Source of the DNA: Trichosphaerium sp. ATCC 40318
Lineage: Eukaryota > Protista > Tubulinea
NCBI GenBank assembly: GCA_038496445.1
Contig: JALMLS010000537.1
Span: 18,320 to 82,319, forward strand
Length of the DNA: 64,000 bases
Direction of reading: 5' to 3'
Translations under genes and position numbers: made by a program
The notes under the pieces: model-generated
The model's database searches: none
Told to the model about the DNA's origin: nothing
The model's input: only the letters and a program-made list of their open reading frames with translations
Shown: positions 1-12,200 of the stretch, in pieces
Layout of the letters: each line of letters opens with the position of its first letter
How positions within the stretch are numbered: position 1 is the first letter of the stretch

Positions 1-505
1 TTATACAGTACCTGCAGCCAATTTCGCTGCCTTCTTTTTTTCTACGGCTGTAAGCTATATATTTAATATTTCTAAGAGTACTCGCGCTTCCTGGTGGATT
101 TGTCTTTTTGTTTTGACGCTTGTTTGAGGCATTCTTCCTAAACTTCGCTTTCATGCGCTTTTTCTTTGGCGGCATGATGATTGTATACAAGACGGTGTTT
201 TTTGAGCTCCCGATGTAGATATGAAACAGTCAAAGTGAGTACAACGAGTTTCAACTAAGATACTTGCAACGTTTACCAATAGAAAGTCAGACTGAGCAGA
301 AATAAACCGCCACAGACTCAATCGCAAATTTACGCGTATTGGGTGCTTGAAGCACGTGAAATCTCTCAAAATCACTAACACTATGCGTTGTACCAAGTTA
401 TACAAGCGCACTAGGAATTGGGATAGAATGATAACTGCTACTTCACTTATTACGTGAAATAGACAATTGATTACAATAGAAACTTAACAATTTATTGTAA
501 CAACG

Positions 506-2090
506 CTACTCTTCAGCACGAAACTTAACTGGACTATTGCTGATATGAGTATCACCAATCTTGATATCGACTTCATATCTTCCTTTCTTTGGAAGCATAA
601 CATCAACACGGTATCTACCATTATTGAAATCTATCACGAAAGAAATTAGAAAAAAAAGAAAAAATAGTAATAAATCAAACAGAAAATAAAACACAGCCAT
701 ACCGAGCAGTTCAGGTTCGGTAAGTACAGGTCCGGCTACTTCAACATCAAAGTTATCACCTCCAGCAGTGCACTTGTTTCCAGAAGAGTCTTTAGCCTAA
801 TAAACAGGTCAGACTTTCAGGTCTAAACCACGAAAAAAAAAATAGTACATCAATGAGTATTGTAAGTTTCTTTCCAACTTTAGGATCACCCTTCATGTTT
901 GCTACAGTCGTAGCTGGAGAAGCAACTATTCAACAAGTTATACCAAGTAGAGACGAGGTTTTTTACATACCTCCAGCGACAGTAATAAGAGTCTCTTCTT
1001 TGAGGACGTTTTGTCCTTTGTAAACAATACCAAGTTGGTATTGACCAATTCTACTTCCTTGGTAAGATACTTTGAATTCTCCCTTAAGATGATGGGTCAG
1101 TATACGCCGTATAATAGTTCGTGGTTGTTCAGATACTAACCTTTCCAGATAGAGGTGATAGCTTACAATTAAGATTTGTAGGACCGTCAAGTGTGACTTG
1201 GAGTTCGCCTTGAAACAAAATTAAATTTTTGAAAGAGGTAAAAACGGGGTTGTACCAGCTTGAACGTCCATGGCGTCTAGTGTTCTCTTATCCTTGACTT
1301 TTATGATGAAATATGCACGTGAACCCTCTTTACATACTACAATACGTTCACAAGTGACTTTGACAGGTACAGGTTCTAGCAAAACGAAAAATAAGCCAAA
1401 AAAGATTAATCGAAAAAAAATTACATACTTGGTTCTCCGCCCTGTGGAATGACACGCATAGATTTTTTGAATGTTGATTTATTGTTGATAAATACTTCAA
1501 TTTCGTATTTACCAAGTTGAGTTGGAAAGAAGGAAATCTCGTAACTTCCTAGCATGGCGTAAAAAAATATATCAAAAAAGTAGCTGTAAAGCGTGATACA
1601 AATGTTTTATTTCGTTTCGCTCAAATTAACCTGTAGCGCTTCAGTCTCGAAGGCTGACTTTTGGTTCAGAAAACGTCATTTTTTGAAATGAAGTGACAGT
1701 CAAAAAAGCGAAAAACTTTTTTCGTTTGCTCTAAGAAAGTTGCCAGTTTTTTGGCGAAATGTCAGTCGTTGTGTACCAAGATTAGCGTCATTTATTTTTG
1801 TTTGTAATGTAGCTGTGCCTGTCACAGTTGCTTTTAGCATATTTGACCAGTTTGGTAGGTTCTGTGGGTAGTTTTTACCGTCTGTTGTCTATATATCTTG
1901 TTAGTAACGTCTAGATGATTTTAAATTGAGTTGGGAGCGTTTGGGTGTAATTCAAGTTCCGCGTTAGCAAACGACGTTTTGGCGCCGTTTGTATACTCTT
2001 TTACATGTTACGTGCCTGAAGGATGTATTTAACATCTTTGTCAGGATAACTTTCTCCGGGTCCAAGGAACGTATATTTAAACGTTGTCAT
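506..2090 (-). CDS. Filamin/ABP280 Ig-repeat protein (about 3 repeats, multi-exon)
   Basis: Spliced exons give ...LKATVTGTATLQTKINDANLG|SYEISFFPTQLGKYEIEVFINN..., GEFKVSYQGSRIGQYQLGIVYKG, AKDSSGNKCTAGGDNFDVEVAGP...DFNNGRYRVDVMLPKKGRYEVDIKIGDTHISNSP, which are filamin repeat motifs. ATG at 2090. Confidence 0.85.
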
Positions 2091-2252
2091 GACCTAAGAA
2101 CACTTTTAGAAGCCTATTAAAAATAGCTACAGTCGTGGTGACGGTTAAACGAAGAACCTGTCGTTCGACTTACTGTAAATCAATTTATAAGTAACTAGCG
2201 CAGCTAAAGAGTAACTTTAATTCGAGTGGTTAACGCTCGAGAACGGCGTTGA

Positions 2253-2380
2253 ATGGGTTGCTGTCGAACTCAGAATGAATCAAGCTAGCTCAATTCAACA
2301 GTTACCAGCAGAGACGTTGACGCATATTCTTCGCTTTCTGGATAGCGCTGAACGTATTGGTGCATGGCATTTGTGATAGA
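2253..2380 (+). pseudogene. Degenerate N-acylated F-box gene relic
   Basis: MGCCRTQ start, then in a shifted frame IQQLPAETLTHILRFLDSAERI followed by stops. Resembles LQELPPETLTEILSY of the intact F-box gene at 12454. Confidence 0.5.
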
Positions 2381-2740
2381 CAGTAGACATTTCATTATTT
2401 TCATGCCATGGACTGACGTTGACAATACAGTCAAGAACGCTCTGGGAGGAAAGACGCTCAGTCTTAGGTGGCTCTAGTAGCCACGCGAGCGGAGTTATTC
2501 TACATTTTAGAAACTCGAGTGATATACAATGTTGTTGAAAGAATAAGGAAAAAACAAAAAGAATTGTTACACATAAAGAAAAGGATTTGGGAGCAAGGGT
2601 TTTGATTGTTCTCTACTCACCACTGTTCGAACTATTTTTGTCAGATTTTGTATTGTCAGTCTCGCATAGTCCAACCAAACGCTTGAAATGTGTGACATCT
2701 TCATTCATAGTTTTTCTTTATTATTATTCACATGTACTTA

Positions 2741-5700
2741 TTATTCATCAATCTCTTCAACTTTGACATTCTCTGTTGTCTTAGTTGGCTCTTCTTTTTT
2801 GTCTTCCTTTGTCTTTTCTTTTCCTTCGGCGTCTTCTTCTTCTACTTCTTCAGGAGCGTTCTCTTTTGCAGTAACAAGCTCTTTGTACTGTTCTACAAGT
2901 TTTTTAATTTCGTCGCTTGCATCACCGTCCATTAAAGCCCAATAATCTCCTCCTTTCTTATTCAATGATGAGGTGATACATTCCTTGTTGGACGCTAAAT
3001 AAATTTGTCAGAAAATACAAACACAATCTCAAATTATTCTCAAATAAATTCGAACCTTCTTTGTAAAGGTTTTGTAGTGCTTTCAGAGCAACCATTCTTG
3101 TAGAATCATCCTTATTTGTTAGACCAACTTTAATTAGATTCTGTATTAAATCCTTAGTACCACCAATAACACCCAAAAGCGCATCTAAAATAAGACAAAG
3201 TAAATATACAACCAGTACAACAAAAACAAACTATTAAAAATCTTACCGTGGCCTGATAGTGAGTGTACTGCAATAGATCCTTCTTTGTTTAGAAGGTCAA
3301 ACTTAGAAGATAAGAGGTTAACCAGTGGGACACATCCTCCCAATTTTGCAATACGAGCGGCTAAGGAATCTACAAATTATTGTAAGCCAAACAAGAAAAA
3401 TCAGGAGTAAATGTACCTGTCTGACATAAAGCGCCTACAATACGTGCAGCATCATACTTAACGTGCTCATATTCTGATTTTGTAGCTTCTTTGATACAAA
3501 TACTCAATGCATCCAATTTAACAAATGTGTCAATGACATCTTGTTCTAAAATGAAAGTTAGAAAAAAAAGGCAATCAGAAAAAGTAAATTCCACGCTTAC
3601 CCTTTGTGCTTAATAGGCTTTTGAATATGCCAATAACACCCCATATTGTAGGACCATTTTCTGTTGCTTTGAAAATACCCATTAAAGCTTGGAAAGCGCC
3701 AGCATCGAAAATCTTTCGTTTGTTTACAACTAACGTGAAAAAAAGTTAACATTGTTGTATACATGTCTGGTGTCTGGTCTTTCGATTTATGTCGTACCTG
3801 GTATGCATAGATTTTTTAAGCAACCAATACATAGGTGCTTACAACGTAAGTCAGTATCTTCGTCATTAAGTAGTTTAATTAATTTGATGTGAAGCTTTGT
3901 ATCATCAACAAGTTTAATGCAATTCTCCTCTACAAAAAAGCAACAATTAGGTCTTCATCTCGTTTTGTTGTAGGAAGAGTAAAACGACGTTTCATCATGA
4001 AGTATAATAGTATACTCTTGGTTTAAACGTACCACTTCTTGCTAAGTTACCACAAATCATAGAAGCAGCAACTTGAACTTCATTGTTCGAATGTTTAAAC
4101 AAAACAAGAACATTATCAAGATCGCCATACATACTCTTAGCGATATCATCTAAAGCAGTATAAGTAATGCCCAAAACCCCCGAGAAAAACATATAGTCTG
4201 ACAAAACTTATTGGACTTCAAAGCAACAACAGTAGCTCCCTGTGATATCCAACAATTTGGATTTCACGCAAAAAATTCAGAAAAAAAAAGCATATCACCA
4301 AGAAGCGTACCATTCAAAGAGAGATTGCTGTATACTTTACTAGCACTAGTGCTAAGTGCTTTAGTTTCCTCAGAGTCAATAGCTGTCATTTTATATAAAC
4401 GTGGGATAAGTCCAAGCTCCATAAACTTGATTCTAAGATCCTCTTCAAGAATAAAAAGTAAGCAACCTCACGTGTTTAATAATCTCTCTAGTACCTTCTT
4501 CTGAAAAGAATTTAAGTGATTCTCCGGCTGCCAACTACATATTGGTCAATATTATACTCTTACGGATGTACAAGTTTATGAGTTTAAACAGGTTAAAAAA
4601 AGTTTGTTGTTGTTTTGTACCTTTACGGCCATTTCTTCGTGCTTTTCCATCATATCTGATAGAATAACAAGTCCGTTTTGTTTATTAATAAAATCAAGAC
4701 ACATGGATTCTATTCTTAAATAAGTACATAGTTGAGAAAACTAGAATTGTTGTAGAAGGGTTTTTTTTTCTTATGGAATGTCAAATTTTTATGCTTTTTT
4801 TAAAGATGTTTTGGCGAGTCATTAGTATCTCTACGTACTTGTCTCACACATTGCAGTAATAGCAGACACTACAGTATCTTCAACATCTTCCATAGTTGGT
4901 TTAATTAACATTTGTATCAACTTATCATAACCTCCTTGTTTTTGAATTTCCAAGCGATGCTCATCTACAAAAAAAAGAAACTTCAACATATAAAAAACAA
5001 AGAAAGAAAACTATAGTTTACTAGATCAACAAGATCAAAAAAAACTTGACGAATTACCCGTGTACAAAATATTTCTGAGTGCTGTGAGTGCTAGCATTAC
5101 AACATCATACGTTGTATTATCCAGTAGTCCAAGAATTGGCATGTGTGACTTGTTTTCGAATATTAAATCACATGCCTTCTCTACGCCAAAGAAGTTAATA
5201 AAACACAACAACAAAAAAAAAAGTCAACATTGTGAGTATTTTGCAGAAAACATAAAAATAAATCATCATTTCGCTGAATAAACCTTTATGATTTAGCCTA
5301 AACGCGTATTCGTGTGTTCAAGCATTTTTTCGCGTAGTGTAGAGTGATATTCACGCGAATGGACTTGCTTTTATGCAGAAAAAGCGGTTTTCAGCCTTTG
5401 TTTTACCATTAACGTACCAGTGTCTGCGCATAGATTTGCTACGCATCCGCAAGCCATACGGAGAATTTGAGGTTCTGTACTGCTGAAATGAGATAAAACG
5501 GGCTCTAAGCCCATTTCCATTAGTTTCTCGCGATTAGCTTCTAATGGAGTCGTTTAGAGATGACTGATATACTTTCTAACGTACTATTGTCAAAACACAT
5601 GTTTCCCAACAGGCGAAGTGATAGACGAGGCAAATTCGTGTTCTTGTGTGCGAGAAACGGTAAAAAAATAGTAAAAGGTCCTACGGCAGCGGAAATGACG

Positions 5701-5953
5701 TTTCTGTTTGGTTCTACGTGATATTAATCGCTTGGGTACTAAATAAAGAGGTAGTGTACCTTCGCGAGCTAAATCGCCTAATTTTTGTAACAGTTCCACC
5801 AAAAGCACCTCATCAGTTGGTTCCTTCAAAAATGGTACAACTGCTTGAACTTCTGGAAATTTTGGTGCGTCTCCGTCTAAATTAACGTTTAATAGTGATC
5901 ACCGGCTCCTAGTACTAACCAAACTTGATAAGATTGGTAACTGCGTCTGTCAT
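2741..5953 (-). CDS. Armadillo-repeat protein, SmgGDS/RAP1GDS1 (darlin-like) family
   Basis: Many short exons. Motifs LRLLGNMCFD..EANR, QVAASMICGNLARSEENCIKLV and LCIGCLKNLCIP..NKRKIFDAG match the SmgGDS pattern (AIANFARND.NC; ALRNLAIP..NK). Acidic C-terminal tail. Confidence 0.8.
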
Positions 5954-6283
5954 GTTAATCTACGTTTGTGTTGACTGAAATAGCCGAAGGAACTTAACAT
6001 ATTTACTACTTAAGGCAAACTCAGTCAAGAATCGAAAGAGCCGGCCAGTCAACGCCAGACACTAAACGAACAAGTCAAGAATCAACGCAGAGCAAGGTAT
6101 CTAGTGGTTAGTAATATGATTCTATGAATATGTATTTTAGTATCGCCTCATTTCAAAGTTTGAAATTTGCCCTTTTTTTAGCAAGTCAATACCATTTATT
6201 GCTTGTGTTGTTTGACTTCTAACAATACGAGTTAAGAGAACTACAGTCTGCTTATTTTAATTAGTGTTTATAGTTTATAAATT

Positions 6284-9200
6284 TTACATGTATACTATCA
6301 CTACAGGAGCTTGTTCTTTTGGTTTGTTGAAGAACTGCATGCTAAAATCTTCTGTTTGTTGTGGAGTTCCATAGTATCGATAAACACGAACGAATACTGC
6401 TACAGGCTCACGCAGTGGTTGAGTATGGAATAGTTTGAGTTGTACATCATAAGGCCCTGTAGGCGCGTTTCTGATCGTATATTCTTGAGGACCATAACCT
6501 GTACAAAGGTTACACAACAACGATCTATTAAGTTTTTTTTCTTGTACCTTGCCGATCGTCTGACATAAGTCCGCCTGATCGTGTGTGGTTGTTAAAACTA
6601 TAACATCTTTCACCTGAAGGCTCAATAACATGTAACTCTACATTGGCTAATGGATTATTCCACGTGATAACAACTCTTAAGTAACAATAAGTTAGTTTGA
6701 TGTTTAATGTTTAAGAGTGTTCTTTTTATGAACATACCTCAAGTCGTATTGAAATGTTCTATTGCATATCGTATATAAAGAAGAGCTTATAGATTTCAGA
6801 AGATTTTCAGCCCTTATAATGCCCTCATGGTCATTACATGATGTCCTGAGTGAATGCATAATTCTGCACAAATCCTTTAACGCAAATATCTCAATGTTGC
6901 CCTTAAAACGATCATCCCAGGTTGTTGTTAGCACTTTCCCAAGTAATTCTATACTCTCTAATATATCCTTGTCTTCGAAAGCAAGTGCAGCCTCCCTATA
7001 ACATAGTAAGAAACCAAAAAAGAATATGGGAAAATAAGAAAAATATAGGAAAAAAAAAACCCTATAACGCTTCACGTACCACAAGAGCTGAGGTTGCTCT
7101 CCACGAATTTTGATCATCTTTTTTAGTACTTGGCGTATCAAATCTTTAGATGCCGTTGCGTCTATGGTATACAGATACCAAACAAAAAGACGATAATACT
7201 CAATGTTATCAATATCGTCTTCAATCTTTTTTGATATTAATAGTTTACCCAAACGTTTGTTGTTCTGTCCATAGTAAAATGCGTGATTGATGATTCTTTC
7301 TAAAGACACACCGTCTGCTTCAAACTCACTAATGTGGCATGGACTGTCTAATTTTCTTGTACGTTGAGATGATACTATGCCTTTCTTCTGCCTAAATTTA
7401 ATAGAGTAAGAACTCGTTCAAATGCGACCTTGTTATCTTTGTTTTACCTTGAACCAACGCTAACTTGTCTCATCAATTCATCTAATATAGAATAATCACA
7501 TTCCTTGTCTTTTGATACATCATAATCCATGCTGTCCTCATCACTACTTGAAGAAGAAGAACTGCTTTCAGATAATAATTCGGAATCATCTGATTCATCT
7601 TCAGAGCTAGAATGCAGAACATATGATGTGTCTTTATCGTCATCTTCACGCTAAATAACATTAATAAAAGTGTTTACAACGTTTTAAACAAAAATTATAC
7701 ATAAGCACTCCTCCGTGAACGTCTAATTTCTCGAAGTGCAACAGAACCTGCAGTTGATAAGGAACTCCAATAATACAAAAGAATTTAATATGTACCAGGT
7801 CTAAATCTATGTGGTTTCCGTATTCCAGACTCCGATGTTGTAGTATTCGCGTCATCGCTTAAGATAATTTCACGTTCTGACTGAGTGTTTTGTGGCTTGT
7901 ATGCAGGTGCCTTAGATGTAGTCCATCCAGAAGTTTCTCTTCTAGATGATGGAATTGTCTTCACAGGTCCTTTGATTCCTTTACCCGCTCTGGGCGTCCA
8001 CTGTAAATCTTCTTCATCACTTTCGCTTTCACTTTCATCACTTGAATCACTCAATATACGGCGGTGTCTCTTAGCAGGCTGTTTACCACCCAAACCTTTA
8101 CCGCCTAAACCTTTTCCGCCTAATCCCTTACCGCCTAAACCTTTACCACCCAAACCTTTACCGCCTAATCCTTTACCGCCTAATCCTTTACCACCTAATC
8201 CTTTTCCTTTTTTTTCTTAGAACATTTTATAGTGTATCCAAATAAAGGTACCTCCAAGGCCACTGAAAGATCCATATTGGCCGATTTGTTTTTTTCTAGC
8301 TTTAGCAGGTTGAATTTCCTCTTCTTTCTGCTCTACAATCACTTTTAATCTGTCTAATGAGTCCAAATTTTTATCCCTTGCTCGTCGTTTTGCTTTTTTC
8401 CCTTTTACATTTTTAAGACGCTCTCTAGCTTCTGTTAACATTTCAGCCTCTTCATCGTCATCATCCATTGCATCCTAAAAAATAATTAGAAAAAAACAGC
8501 TAGCTGATGAAGCTGTGAGAGTAGGGTCACAAGAAAGTATACTTTGAGGTACAGCTAAGATTTTGGATTTTTAATACCTCAGACTGTTGCATGTGGTCAT
8601 TTACCGAGCTTGCTTGGTTTTTGGCGTTCTGAAAAAAAGCTCCTTTGTGGTAGTACTTCTGCAAAAACTTGACGCTACTTTTTTCTGATAGTTTTCTGAC
8701 TTGTGCTCTTTCTTCTTGCAAACTTTGGTTCGTTAGGGCTGCTCTCTAAGCGTATTATGATAAGCTTGTTGAATAATAACATAGTATTCATAGTAAGTAC
8801 TTACTGTCATACTCCCTTCTGGATTTTTTACAACTACACAAAGAGCTCAGAATGAATGCACATGAATTTAAAAAAAAAACTTAAGAGTTTGATTTTTGTT
8901 TCTTGTAAGACTGTTTTTAGTCTGACCTCTGGTGGTATATAGTATTCATCGCAAAATGTATTGTTCTTGTTGCTTTGCAAATTCAACGTACTTTTAAGTT
9001 TCCTTGTATTCTTATGTTGCTCTAGCTCATTGGAATCATCACTAACGCTTGGTGATGAGATTATAGAATCACTATCGTAACCGCCCATCACACAAACATC
9101 CATAAAGTCGTCATCCGGCAACTCAAGCTTTGATGCTTCCTCTACTAGCTTTTCCATTTTTTCCAGATCATCAGGCATTATACTTATCTCTGGAGGCATT

Positions 9201-12200
9201 AGTGTACAGTCTGTTATGTCAATATCAATTGGTTCTTTCATATCTGATGAGAGTATTGGTGCAGGCTCATTCACAACACATGTTGAATTATAACTTGTTA
9301 TACTTTTTGTGCCTTCGCTTACAGCGTGTTTTGCAAGTTCTCCTGGAAGCACTATCCTTGTTGCGTCTTGTATATGTCTAGCTGATATAACAGATTTGTT
9401 GTGGTAGTTTGAAACATTTCTGGCTTCATTTGTGATGCGATTGAAAAGGTCATTAACAAAACCGTTCATCAAGTTTATCGCTTTGTTTGAAATTTCGCTG
9501 CCTGGATGAACTTGATGGAGTACTTTGTATATGCGCTTAGTAAAATCTATATCGCTGGTATTTTGGCCATTCGAAAAGGTAGTGATAGACATGTCATCAG
9601 TATCTGTAGGTTCTGGAAGAAGAAACTGTTCAGAATTTTTTGGAAATGTTGATTTGTTTCGTTTTCTACTTGGATATGTCTCTTGCGTTCTCTTACGTTT
9701 GTAGGATCTTGTATTACTTTGATATTGATTCTGATACATGTAATAAGTGTCGTTATAAGTGTCTTCGAAATCAGCAAACTGCAAAACCTACAAACTTGTA
9801 AGACTTCAAGTTTAGCGACTTATTGTTACAAGCAACTTTCTACTTACTTGTCTATTCTTTGATAAAGAGGACGTCTCATAGAACTTTAAGTGCATATTAT
9901 ATATATCTTGTATTGATAACCATCTTAAAGCTTTAATTGTCTCTGGAGTATCAGTTCTTTTAGACACAACTTCATAATACGAGGCTCTAAAAATACCAAG
10001 CAGTCAGATATGTAACGGCAATGTTGTCACGTACCTCATTTCAGGCATACTCTCAGGAGGAGGTATGCTGTACTTTAAATAACTATCAAGGGATTCAAGA
10101 ACAATCATTGACGTGTATGGTGTAACAAGAGAGTATCGTTTACCAACATCTTTTATACTTGTCTAAAAAACCGAATCAATCTAACTGGCACTACAAACAA
10201 ATGCTACCTGAACATCATCGCCATCTCCTCGCATCTTCAGCTCGTCAATCTTCATCTTTGCCCACGTCTTAGAAAGAAGATCACCATTATTACTTTCAAC
10301 AGCGTCTGATAATCGTATCGTGGTTGTATGCATAATATTTCCTGGAGACCCATAATGAAGAATTATGTTTGAGTCCTTCTTAACAGAATTCATGTCAATC
10401 TTCGCAGCTATGTTGAACTGGCTTGCTGCTAATGGCGTTGCAGTTGAAGGAAGCACTATAAATGTTTAGATTAGATTTTAACACGTCATAGAATGCTTTT
10501 ACAAGTCACGTGCGTTCAGATATAAAGTTATCATCGCATTGAGCATACAAGAACGAAAGTGCTTGTACGGAACCAGTCATATCTTTTATAATGTTCTCAA
10601 TAATGCCAGACTTTTTTCGAATAAATTCAAAATCATGTCGTTTGTCTTTGTCACCTTCTTTTGGCATATCATAGAACTTTCCTCCACTCTTCTTTGCCCA
10701 CATTTTTAATAGAGTTGTGTTTCTCTTTATTGAGTTGTTGAATACATAAACAGGCCTGGTGAATCGAGGCGGCAGGTGAAAATCATCACCAAGTGTATTC
10801 AGCCCGTCAGTAACAAGTATAAATACACTGTATGGTGTATCCACATTAGACAATATAGGATCCAAACACGCTAGATTTGTAGCACCAATACGATGAAAAG
10901 AACCTCGGACGGACTAACAACGTAATTATGCAAACGTCAACAAAAAAAAAAAATTTCTTATTTTTTTCTGGAATATTACTCCAAGTGTTGGCGCAAAAAT
11001 GTTGCACTGGTAATGGTAGGTACAAAGAGAAAAAGGAAGAAATATTGTAGCGTACATCAACGAGACTTGCGTGGTATTTGTAAGTCCGCTTTTCAGCGTC
11101 TATATCAAACGTATACAAGTCTAGACTACCTTCATAACCATAATTTGCTAAAACTCCTTCAATGATACCAGTGAACTGTTCAGTGACTGTAGCGCTTCCT
11201 GATACATCCCATAATACGCATACTTTACCTCTTTTCTTCTCTTTGTTCGTTCTATATTGCATAGAAGGTATAATATCTTGATAGAATAAATGACATTGAC
11301 TTGACTTCCTGGATCCACTGTTGATCACTGTGTTGCAACTTTTGTCAGGTTTTGTTTGTACGTATTTACTAGCAGTTACTTACTTGATATTTGGCATACA
11401 GGAGAAGCACAAGAAAATAATCGAACTGTAATTGAAGAAATCGCATTGCTTTTTTGTTTTGAATAATCACAAACATAAGCATCTCCTGTGTTTTGAAATT
11501 GAAGTAATCCTCCACCAGATACAGACATTTCAGGAGGTTTAAATATTGCACCGAATACCTTTGTTTTTATAAATACGTCGCTGGAATTCCCAGAGCGTAA
11601 TGGTAAATGAAACTCAGCTTGGTTGTAATCTTTATTTTCTATTGCAAAAAAAAAAGGTCAGCAAAACGGGAGCTACAAGAAATGAACAAAATGGCTTCCA
11701 CGTGCCTTTTATAAATCTTAGGATTTGCCCTATGGTTACTCGTATCTTCCTTTGTGTACCACGCTTAAAATTATTCATACTTGTTTTAAACACGTTGCCA
11801 ACAACATTTTGAACAATCGAGGCTTGTTTTTTTTGAAAGGATTGAGTTTCTTGCTCGAAAACTTTTCTGGCTTTCTCTTTATCAACTACAACTGCTTCTA
11901 CCATGACGTTGTTTATTTCTATGGCGTATTTGGAAACGAAAGCATCTATACAAAGAAGATTAAGCGCGAGAGTTCGTAGGGCGTTAAAACAATCTTTTAA
12001 CGCATGGGAGCATCGTTGCAAAGAGTTTTAAGTCACGATTACGCGTTTTGGAGCATGTAAACTTTAAACCGTCTGTTACGCACCTTCACCCAACGGAAAC
12101 TCAAATTCAGCCTCTGTTACGTCATATTCTTCGTTATTCTCAAATATTATCTCCAGTTTGGTTTCTTAGGACAATTTGAATATTAATTTTGTACAAGCTA

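Noticed and set aside
1631-1679. Possible filamin first exon with an in-frame TGA (MTFSEPKVSLRD*SATG), hinting at stop-codon reassignment
   Set aside because: A stop-free upstream exon (about 1777-1888, ..LKATVTGTATLQTKINDANLG) splices in the same phase and fits the filamin repeat better. Other genes end in TGA and use TGG for Trp.
7885-8220. Pro-rich + strand ORF (PPKPL repeats)
   Set aside because: It is the antisense shadow of the KGLGG repeat; variation is synonymous only on the minus strand.
7700-9550. A canonical or decayed histone gene cluster (H2B, H4, H3)
   Set aside because: The pieces have no independent starts or stops, H3 and H4 lack their folds, CDC5 and MFAP1 pieces are interleaved, and all splice in frame with the VIT and DUF2135 exons.
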